NCBI GenBank assembly: GCA_964496415.1
Contig: CAZBZN010000023.1
Location: 1-11,683 of the forward strand
Source: Candidatus Micrarchaeota archaeon
Lineage (GTDB): Archaea; B1Sed10-29; JAJRYS01
Direction of reading: 5' to 3'
Length of the DNA stretch: 11,683 nt
Below, piece by piece: positions 1-6,794 of this stretch. The translations under genes and the position numbers were made by a program. The notes beneath the pieces were generated by a model. It was not told the DNA's origin and searched no databases. It was given only the letters and a program-made list of their open reading frames with translations. Numbering within the stretch: position 1 is the first letter of the stretch; the number at the start of each line of letters is the position of its first letter.

Positions 1-3
1 AGG

Positions 4-12
4 ATTTAAATA
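4..12 (+). promoter_or_regulatory. Putative archaeal TATA box for ORF 34..390 (leaderless transcript)
   Basis: ATTTAAATA at 4-12, about 22-25 nt before ATG 34/37. No SD-like motif lies in between. Confidence 0.5.
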
Positions 13-33
13 CTTCTAATTGCAAAATAAAAA

Positions 34-390
34 ATGATGGATGAGATTAGAGAACTGCTTCATAGCTTGGTTCATCAGTCTGACGCATGCAGACTAACTG
101 TCTTAAACAGGCAAAGGATTCATGCTTATTCTATGGTGGGCGGAATCGCGTCACTTGAAGCAAGATTATACTCAAAAGGACTTGGAGAACACACTGAAAT
201 ACTTCAAAAAGCAGTAAACAACTGTCTTTCATGCATTAAGTCAACAGCTGCTACTGGAAAATGCTTTAAATGCTCAAAGGCTTTTCTTAAAGCTTTAGAA
301 AAAGAACTTGCTTCAAAGCCAGCCTCAGAATGGAGTGACCTGATAATAGAAGCAAAGAAAAAACACAAAATAAGAAGAAGGTCAAAATAA
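34..390 (+). CDS. Hypothetical protein with CxxC-x9-CxxC (possible Zn-binding) and basic C-terminal tail
   Basis: 118-aa ORF with a TATA box at leaderless spacing, CLSC...CFKC, and a KKKHKIRRRSK tail. It stops 5 nt from the convergent 838-aa gene. No family recognised. Confidence 0.7.
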   Translation: MMDEIRELLHSLVHQSDACRLTVLNRQRIHAYSMVGGIASLEARLYSKGLGEHTEILQKAVNNCLSCIKSTAATGKCFKCSKAFLKALEKELASKPASEWSDLIIEAKKKHKIRRRSK

Positions 391-395
391 AAGAC

Positions 396-2912
396 TTATT
401 TTATTAGCTCTTCAGCAATTTCTATAGGCAATGCTACTTTTTTTCTATTAAGAATTATCACCTTAAACTTCTTAACTCCTTTTCCACGAGTCCTTGCTTC
501 AAATTCTGCTCCTACAGGAAAATCAGCTGCGTTTCTTTCAGCTGTCTCCATTCTCATTACAGGCATGAACACTTCATCAGGACCTATCTTTTGTTTTTTC
601 ATCAGGACACCATTAATCACAGCATACTGTGAGTCTGTTTGTTTAGCTAACGCTTTCATGCCAAGGAAATAATTAACATCTTTTCCAAGCCCACCTAGCT
701 TGACAGGGTTTTTTCTCAGCAAGTCTCTTCTAAGCTCAGCCCTTGCACTGGCAGACTCAACCAATTTTTCTCTTTCTCTTCCTTCTGCTTTTTCAATCTT
801 CTTTATCATCCTTCTTCTCTCACCTTCATAAGTAGCATACCCAACATGATGGGTTTTAGGCTTTCCTCCAGCTTTCTTAGCTTTAACTCTAAGTTCTTTC
901 TCTCTCTTAGCAGCAATCTCTTCTAATTCTTCTTCACTAAGAAAACCAAAATCAGGCACACTAATTTCTGCTTTAGCAGCCTCTCTTACTGCTGGCTTTT
1001 CTTTCTCTTCAACAGGTTCTAACAAGGATTCTTTGGCAGGTTTTGATACTTCCACGCTAACCTTAGTACCAGTAATAGATCCTGTTGACAGCCCTAATTT
1101 TTTTAACAATTCTATTCCCGGACCGCTTTCAGGAGTTGGTTTTGAAACTGGTTTTGCCTCTTCACTAACCCTGCTTTCAGTGGTTAAGGATACAGCTGGT
1201 AATCTTAGCCTCTCAAGCTCTGCAGATATTTCCTCTTCTTTTCTCCCAGAGTTCTTCATTGCTGTTGCTATGAGTCTTGATAGCATGGTTTTATCTTTTT
1301 CTCTTAAATACCTTGGGCTGGTGAAAAGTGATCCTGTCTTAACCCAGTTAACATAAGCTCTTACAAGCCTTTCCCCTGTAGATCTATCTATTAATCCTTT
1401 TTCAGTAAGAAGTTTTCTTGCTCTTCTAACTTCCTCGTCAGTTGCTGTAAAATCCCTTACATTAATGGCCGGCTTTTTTTCCTCTTCTTTTAGTTTTTTA
1501 ACAGTTCTTGGAACTGGAAGGCCTGCTTCTTCAAATTTTTTCCTTACTTTATACTTCATGGCCCTAAGAGAGCCTTTAGGTGCTCCTTCTATCGTTCCTG
1601 TTAACATTAACTCTAACTGCTCGTCAGTCACTATCACACTCTTTTCAGGATTTTTAAGGTGTTTCATTATTAGTCCTTTATTGTAGTAAGGAGCATGCTT
1701 CTCTTTTTCAATAACCTCAGGAATAGGAAAGCCAGCTTCTTTAAGTTTTTTCCTTAAAGCTATCTTAGAGCTTACAAGACTTCCTTTTTTTATCCCTTTT
1801 ATTTTTCCAGTAGTATACAGCTCGTACTCTTTTTTAGTGAGTAAGATGACTTTTGAAGGATCCTCTGGATGAGTAACAGGGATTTTATCCTTGCTGGTCT
1901 TAAGAAATTCAAAGATTGGAATTCCTGCTTTTTCAAGTTCTTTTCTAAGCTCGCCTCTGCGTTTTCTAATAGTATCCTCTTTTAACCTCTCTACTTTCCC
2001 TTCTTTTTCTAAGAATTCAAACAAGAGAGGGTCAAGGTCTAAGTATTTCCCGTATTCTGGGAAGTAAACTCTTATCTTCTTCTTTTCATGCTCTTCTTTT
2101 AGAAAAGTTGGGATCGGAATTCCTTCTTTTTTAAGTTTTTCCATCAACCGGCATTTCAAGTTAGCTCTTTCTATAGCACTGTAACCTTCAGGATACTTGC
2201 CATACTTGTAAAGCATCCATTGAGTTTCACTAAAAGTAATCTTCTTGCCGGTAACAGGATGTTTCACTATTACTACTCCTTTCTTACTAGATCCTTTTAC
2301 TAAAAAATCAGGCAAAGGAATTCCTTTTTCTTCTAACAGCTTACGTAATTGTGACAAGTATCTTTCACGGGTGGATCTGCTTATTCCTTCTTTTTTCCCT
2401 TGTTTTTCTAAAAATTCAAATAGTACTAAGTCAAGATCCAAGTACTTCCCATACTCCGGAAAGTAAATTCTTATCTTTTTTTCATGTTCTTTCAAGTAAG
2501 TAGGAATCGGCATTCCTTCTTTTTTTAGTTTTTTTATAAGCCTAAATCTTAAGTTAGCTCTTTCTTTAGAGTTCATGCCTTTAGGGTATTCCCCGTACTT
2601 GTATAGCCTCCATTGTGTTTGACTAAAAGCCACTTCTTTACCAGTAACAGGGTGTTTTACAACTACTCTTTTTCCTTCTAAAAACCAGGGTATGGGAATT
2701 CCTTTTTCTTTTAGCATTTCACGTAATTGAGAACGGTAAACTTCACTAGTAGACCCCTTTATCCCTTTTCTTTTCCCTTCCTTTTCTAAGAACTCAAACT
2801 GACGAGGAGTCAACTCTATAGTCTCACCATATTCTGGAAAATGAAGAGGAATTCTAATTTTTTCTCTCTTCCCTTTCTTTTTTGATTTTTCACTACGGCT
2901 TGCTTTAGGCAT
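396..2912 (-). CDS. Large basic hypothetical protein with seven tandem ~62-70 aa modules (putative nucleic-acid-binding array), a low-complexity linker and a beta-rich C-terminal domain
   Basis: 838-aa uninterrupted ORF. Repeated units end in L(K/E)x(E/K/A)G(I/M/F/L)P(I/L/V)P. Synonymous divergence between repeat copies shows it is coding. TATA box at leaderless spacing. Confidence 0.9.
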   Translation of the reverse strand: MPKASRSEKSKKKGKREKIRIPLHFPEYGETIELTPRQFEFLEKEGKRKGIKGSTSEVYRSQLREMLKEKGIPIPWFLEGKRVVVKHPVTGKEVAFSQTQWRLYKYGEYPKGMNSKERANLRFRLIKKLKKEGMPIPTYLKEHEKKIRIYFPEYGKYLDLDLVLFEFLEKQGKKEGISRSTRERYLSQLRKLLEEKGIPLPDFLVKGSSKKGVVIVKHPVTGKKITFSETQWMLYKYGKYPEGYSAIERANLKCRLMEKLKKEGIPIPTFLKEEHEKKKIRVYFPEYGKYLDLDPLLFEFLEKEGKVERLKEDTIRKRRGELRKELEKAGIPIFEFLKTSKDKIPVTHPEDPSKVILLTKKEYELYTTGKIKGIKKGSLVSSKIALRKKLKEAGFPIPEVIEKEKHAPYYNKGLIMKHLKNPEKSVIVTDEQLELMLTGTIEGAPKGSLRAMKYKVRKKFEEAGLPVPRTVKKLKEEEKKPAINVRDFTATDEEVRRARKLLTEKGLIDRSTGERLVRAYVNWVKTGSLFTSPRYLREKDKTMLSRLIATAMKNSGRKEEEISAELERLRLPAVSLTTESRVSEEAKPVSKPTPESGPGIELLKKLGLSTGSITGTKVSVEVSKPAKESLLEPVEEKEKPAVREAAKAEISVPDFGFLSEEELEEIAAKREKELRVKAKKAGGKPKTHHVGYATYEGERRRMIKKIEKAEGREREKLVESASARAELRRDLLRKNPVKLGGLGKDVNYFLGMKALAKQTDSQYAVINGVLMKKQKIGPDEVFMPVMRMETAERNAADFPVGAEFEARTRGKGVKKFKVIILNRKKVALPIEIAEELIK
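1500..2861 (-). repeat. Intragenic tandem repeat array of 7 modules: A 2861-2679, B 2678-2493, A 2492-2301, B 2300-2100, A 2099-1902, C 1901-1710, C 1709-1500
   Basis: A units share FPEYG..(I/L).L....FEFLEK.GK. B units share VKHPVTGK...FS.TQW.LYKYG.YP.G....ERANL. C units share H...P.K....T.....L..TG.I.G..KGSL...K...RKK..EAG.P.P. DNA similarity is visible with a period of about 380-400 nt (e.g. 2430-2480 vs 2031-2080). Confidence 0.9.
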
Positions 2913-2959
2913 TACTTATTTTAAGAAAGATTTCCTTTTATATTTTGTGAGGTGCTGTA
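2913..2959. promoter_or_regulatory. Compact divergent promoter region
   Basis: Minus strand: CAAAA-TATAAAA (TATA 2942-2936), about 24 nt before ATG 2912. Plus strand: TTTTAAGA 2919-2926 followed by SD GAGGTG 2949-2954 before ATG 2960. Confidence 0.55.
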
Positions 2960-4261
2960 ATGAAGAAAGTAATAATAATGGGCGCTGGTGGAAGGGACTT
3001 TCATAACTTCCTGACTTTTTTCAAGCACAAGGAAGAGTATGAGGTGGTGGCTTTTACTGCTGCGCAGGTTCCTGGAATCTCTGGGAGAACGTTTCCTCCT
3101 AGCCTTGCAGGGAAAAAATACCCTGAAGGCATCCCAATATTCAGTGAAGAAAAGCTTGTTGACTTAATCAAACAAGAAAAAGTAGAGTTGGTTAACTTCG
3201 CTTATTCTGATGTTAGCAATGAATATGTTTGTTTTAAGGCTCAGGAGTGCTTGGGTGCTGGAGCTGACTTCCTGCTTCTTGGGCCAGAGTCCACGATGCT
3301 TGAATGCAGCAAGCCTGTGATAGCTGTTACTGGCACGCGTACTGGTGTTGGCAAGAGCACTGTTACTCGTTACGTTGCTAAGCTTGTTAAGAGTCTTGGC
3401 TTGAGAGTGGTTGTTGTAAGACATCCAATGCCTTACGGTGACCTTGAAAAACAAGCAGTGCAGAGGTTTGAGAAGCTTGAAGACCTTGACAGTGCTGAAT
3501 GCACTGTGGAAGAAAGAGAAGAATACGAGCCTTTGATAAGAGAGGGCTTTATCGTCTTTGCAGGCGTTGACTACGAAAAAATCTTTGAAAAAGCGTGTGA
3601 AGAAGCTGACGTGGTCATCTGGGATGGTGGCAATAATGATTTTCCTTTTGTGAAACCTGGTTTTTGGATTACTGTTGCTGATGGTTCAAGGCAAGGGCAT
3701 GAGTTGTCTTATTATCCTAGTGTCGTGAACTTAGCTAACTCTGACTTGGTTTTGATTAACAAGGCAGATGACTTGGAAAAAGTTAAGGTGATAGAGGAAA
3801 ATGTGAGAAAAGTTAACAAGGATTGTAAGATAACTGTTGTAAGGAGTGTTTTAAAGACAAGTGAGAGCATTAAAGGAAAGAAAGTGTTAGTAGTTGAGGA
3901 TGGGCCTAGCTTGACTCATGGTGGGGTGAAGAAAGCAGCTGGTTTGAAGGCTGCTGAAGAACAAGAAGCAATAGTAGTTGATGGAAGAGATTTTGCTGTT
4001 GGAAGCATTAAGCATGCTTTTGAGGAGTATGGGATTGATAAGGCTGTTCCTGCTCTTGGTTATTACGGCAAGCAATTAGAAGACTTGGAGGAGACTATTA
4101 ACAAAGCTGACTGTGACTTGGTGTTAAGTAGTTCTCCTGCCAGTATTGAAAAAATACTTAGCATCAACAAGCCTGTTGTGAGGGTGTCTTATGAGATGGA
4201 GAAGAATGATGAAGTAGATTCTGCAGTGGTTAAGTTTTTAAGCCAGCAGGGTTTGCTTTAG
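2960..4261 (+). CDS. arcE: COG2403 P-loop enzyme; arginine synthetase (ArcE)-like, often annotated as cyclic 2,3-diphosphoglycerate synthetase-like GTPase
   Basis: Motifs GAGGRDFHNF, P-loop GTRTGVGKS, RHPMPYGDL, CTVEEREEYEP, WDGGNND and VEDGPSLTHGG match the family as I recall it from Thermococcus kodakarensis ArcE. SD GAGGTG upstream. The family call is strong; the activity is inferred. Confidence 0.8.
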   Translation: MKKVIIMGAGGRDFHNFLTFFKHKEEYEVVAFTAAQVPGISGRTFPPSLAGKKYPEGIPIFSEEKLVDLIKQEKVELVNFAYSDVSNEYVCFKAQECLGAGADFLLLGPESTMLECSKPVIAVTGTRTGVGKSTVTRYVAKLVKSLGLRVVVVRHPMPYGDLEKQAVQRFEKLEDLDSAECTVEEREEYEPLIREGFIVFAGVDYEKIFEKACEEADVVIWDGGNNDFPFVKPGFWITVADGSRQGHELSYYPSVVNLANSDLVLINKADDLEKVKVIEENVRKVNKDCKITVVRSVLKTSESIKGKKVLVVEDGPSLTHGGVKKAAGLKAAEEQEAIVVDGRDFAVGSIKHAFEEYGIDKAVPALGYYGKQLEDLEETINKADCDLVLSSSPASIEKILSINKPVVRVSYEMEKNDEVDSAVVKFLSQQGLL

Positions 4262-4265
4262 TTTA

Positions 4266-5654
4266 TTATTTCATTGTTTTTTCTATGTCTTTTAAATCAA
4301 AGCAAAATACTCTTTTTCCTTTATATTCTTTTATTTTCTTTTTGAAAGATTTTGCGAATACTGCGTAGTATTCTTTTCTTTCATCATCATGCCATTTTAC
4401 TTTTTCAGATTTTTCTATGAGTTCTTTGATTACTTTGCTTGCGTTTGTTTTTTCTTTCCATTTGCATTCCCCAAAAAGAATTTCTTTCGTGTTTTCGTTT
4501 AGAGCAATTAAGTCTATTTCATTTTCTTTATGCCACCACTTTCCTATTTTTGAAGGCTTGAATGGGAGACTTAGGCTTGGAATTAGTTTCATGCAAAAGT
4601 CTTCAAATGCAATGCTTACGTGTTGGCTGAATTTTTTTTCAATGTCTCTTATTAATTCTTTTCCCAGTCCTTGTTCTATGTAGTCTTTGTTTGGGTATAC
4701 GAATTTGAACCAAAACTCAAAGTATTTATCTTCAAACTTGTATAGTGTATTTCTTGCTTTAAAATTAGATTCTGTTACTGGTTTTACTTTTTTTAGAATG
4801 TGAATGTTGCATAAAGTGTCTATGTATTTTGATACGAGGCTTTTCTCAAGCCCTGTGTTGTTCACTATTAACCCTATCCTATGGTTTCCTTCTGCTATTG
4901 ATTTCAGTATTGCGAAGTAGTTTCTTGGTTCTCTTAGTTCTTCTCTTAAGAGAAATTCAGCTTCTTCATACAAGAAGCTTCCTTTTGAGAATACTTGTTC
5001 TATCATGTTTTTTGTTAATGGTTTTTCTGTTTGGAATTTGTTAAGGTATAATGGTATCATGTCTGTGATTGAGTATACTTTTATCAGGTCTTCTGTTTTG
5101 TATTTTGGCAGAAAGGATCTTAAGTATTTTACATTTATTGGAGTTACTTTCCATTGTCCTGTTCTTCTGCCGTACAAGGGGCTTTTGTAGCTAAGAACTT
5201 CTGTTTCCATCATGCTTATGCTTGACCCAAGTAAGATTAGCATTATTTTTTTCTTTGACAAGTGGTTATCCCATGCTTTTTGGAAAAGTGAAGGGATTGC
5301 TTTGTTCCCTTCAATCAAGTAAGGGAACTCGTCAATTATTAGTATAATTCTCCTATTTGCTTTTTTAGCGAATTCTGAAAGTAAATCAACCCAGTCTTTA
5401 AATGATGCTTTTTTGAAAAGCTCATCTTTGAAGAATTCTCCTATTTTCTCTTTTAACTCGTTTAAGTTTTCTTTATCTGGTCTCTTGTCAGCTAAGAAGT
5501 ATATGAATTGCTTTTTTTCTGAGAATTTTAAAACTAGTTCTGTTTTTCCAATCCTTCTTCTTCCATAAAGAACTATTAATTCTGGCTTTTTCGAAGAATA
5601 CTTTTTTTCTAGGAAAGCCAGTTCATCTCTTCTATTTATAAATTGTTGAATCAT
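4266..5654 (-). CDS. Archaeal AAA+ ATPase (COG1672, ATPase_2) with winged helix and C-terminal DUF234 / PD-(D/E)xK-like domain
   Basis: N-terminal FINRRDEL, Walker A YGRRRIGKT, Walker B LIIDEFPYL, SPLYGRRT, and C-terminal WW...EIDLIAL...LFGECKW. Confidence 0.9.
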   Translation of the reverse strand: MIQQFINRRDELAFLEKKYSSKKPELIVLYGRRRIGKTELVLKFSEKKQFIYFLADKRPDKENLNELKEKIGEFFKDELFKKASFKDWVDLLSEFAKKANRRIILIIDEFPYLIEGNKAIPSLFQKAWDNHLSKKKIMLILLGSSISMMETEVLSYKSPLYGRRTGQWKVTPINVKYLRSFLPKYKTEDLIKVYSITDMIPLYLNKFQTEKPLTKNMIEQVFSKGSFLYEEAEFLLREELREPRNYFAILKSIAEGNHRIGLIVNNTGLEKSLVSKYIDTLCNIHILKKVKPVTESNFKARNTLYKFEDKYFEFWFKFVYPNKDYIEQGLGKELIRDIEKKFSQHVSIAFEDFCMKLIPSLSLPFKPSKIGKWWHKENEIDLIALNENTKEILFGECKWKEKTNASKVIKELIEKSEKVKWHDDERKEYYAVFAKSFKKKIKEYKGKRVFCFDLKDIEKTMK

Positions 5655-5754
5655 GATTATTCTAATCTAAATTCAACTATTTAAAGTTTTTGGAGTTTAA
5701 TTATCATAAAGTTTTTAAAAAACAATAGCTTGATTAATTAAAGGGGGATGTTAG
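5655..5754. promoter_or_regulatory. Divergent promoter region (ATPase / hsp20)
   Basis: Minus-strand TTTAAATA about 23 nt before ATG 5654. Plus-strand AAAG-TTTTTAAAA at about 5708-5720 and G-rich SD GGGGGATG before ATG 5755. Confidence 0.5.
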
Positions 5755-6162
5755 ATGGATTTTTTTGAAGAAATGAGAAGAATGCAAAAAGAAATAGAAA
5801 GGATGATGCAGGCTGCTTACTCTGGTTTTGACTTCAGGCAGCCAGTGATTGAAATAATCGACAAGGGAAAGAACTTGGTAGTGATAGCAGAGCTTCCTGG
5901 AGTTGATAAGAAGGACATAAGCTTGTCTTGTGACGGTTTTGTTTTGGACATTGAAGCAAGAACCAGCAAGAAAGAAGAGAAAAAAAGAAAAGGATTTTAT
6001 TACAGTGAAAGAAAGGCTTCAGTGTTTAAGAGAAGCATAAGCTTGCCTGAAGAAGTTGATTTTTCAAAAGCAAAAGCTTCTTTCAAGAATGGGGTTCTTG
6101 AAATAGTGCTTCCTAAGAAAACCGCTAAAGCTAGGAAAAAGCAAAAGATAAAAATCCAGTAA
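5755..6162 (+). CDS. hsp20: Small heat shock protein (Hsp20/alpha-crystallin family)
   Basis: AELPGVDKKDI, FKRSISLPEEVD, AKASFKNGVLEIVLPK and a C-terminal IxI motif (IKI). Confidence 0.93.
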   Translation: MDFFEEMRRMQKEIERMMQAAYSGFDFRQPVIEIIDKGKNLVVIAELPGVDKKDISLSCDGFVLDIEARTSKKEEKKRKGFYYSERKASVFKRSISLPEEVDFSKAKASFKNGVLEIVLPKKTAKARKKQKIKIQ

Positions 6163-6204
6163 GAGGTTTTAGTTTTTTGGATTGGTTTCAAAAAATAAGA
6201 AAGA

Positions 6205-6234
6205 AAGAGCAGCTTTCAAAGGTCAGCTGCTCTT
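6205..6234 (-). terminator. Hairpin plus U-rich tract overlapping the histone stop codon
   Basis: Perfect 10-bp inverted repeat AAGAGCAGCT (6205-6214) / AGCTGCTCTT (6225-6234) with a 10-nt loop. On the minus strand it is followed by TCTTTCTTATTTTTT. Confidence 0.6.
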
Positions 6235-6389
6235 ACGGTTTTCCTGCCGTTTGCTTTTGCTCTTTCTACTGCTTTTTTGATTAATGCTTCTACTTCTTTT
6301 GAAAGAGCTTCTACAAAATCACCTGCAGTGTTCATGCCGTGTTTTTTGATTGTTTCTTTTACTTTGCTTTGCACTACTAAGACTTCCAT
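6216..6389 (-). CDS. Small prokaryotic histone (histone fold with truncated alpha3; face-to-face / HTkC-HLp-like), 57 aa, not in the ORF track
   Basis: Translated by hand: MEVLVVQSKVKETIKKHGMNTAGDFVEALSKEVEALIKKAVERAKANGRKTVRAADL*. It has the LVVxSKVK start and the RAxxNGRKTVxxxDL end (R-T pair, R-D clamp). A strong SD, GAGGAGG, overlaps the upstream stop codon. Confidence 0.92.
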   Translation of the reverse strand: MEVLVVQSKVKETIKKHGMNTAGDFVEALSKEVEALIKKAVERAKANGRKTVRAADL

Positions 6390-6401
6390 TTTCTAACCTC
6401 C

Positions 6402-6785
6402 TCAAATTTGTTTTTTAAGAGCTTTTATGAATCTTTCAGTCTCAAGCAGGACTTTCTCAGTTGCTGTCTTAAGCTTGTTCTTTAATTCTTTAACTTCAGA
6501 AACCTGGGTTTTGTTTGCTTTTGGTTTTTGAGCATAACAAGAGTCAAGCACTTCATCAGCTGCTTGCTTTAGTTTTAAAAGCACTGCTCTTGCCTCGTCA
6601 ACTTCAAAAGCAAGCTTGATTATTTTTTCTTTTTCAGTTCTTTTCATCGCCTGAGAATGTTCTAAGTAATACTGGATTAAAGAATAAACTTCTGACAAAG
6701 TCTCTTTATACCCGTCTATGGTGGAATAATAAAACCCTGTTAGCTTGTAGAAGTTTTTATAAGCTTTTTCTTCTAAGTCAGTCAA
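6402..6785 (-). CDS. Hypothetical all-alpha (helical bundle) protein
   Basis: 127 aa, TTG start with SD GAGGTGA (6796-6790) overlapping the upstream stop. Amphipathic heptad pattern throughout. Confidence 0.8.
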   Translation of the reverse strand: MTDLEEKAYKNFYKLTGFYYSTIDGYKETLSEVYSLIQYYLEHSQAMKRTEKEKIIKLAFEVDEARAVLLKLKQAADEVLDSCYAQKPKANKTQVSEVKELKNKLKTATEKVLLETERFIKALKKQI

Positions 6786-6794
6786 CGAATCACC

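Noticed and set aside
1033..2466. Plus-strand ORFs 1033..1356, 1465..1686 and 2245..2466
   Set aside because: Antisense shadows of the 838-aa gene; F/S/L-rich composition mirroring Lys/Glu codons, with no motifs.
1500..2861. Repeat region as a CRISPR array, a diversity-generating retroelement template/variable pair, or an assembly artefact
   Set aside because: The repeats are in-frame protein modules with third-position divergence. There are no spacers, no evident adenine-specific bias and no reverse transcriptase or cas gene in the window.
3164..5190. ORFs 3164..3454, 3887..4075, 4417..4683, 4829..5044 and 5005..5190
   Set aside because: Fully antisense to well-supported conserved genes, with no recognisable features.
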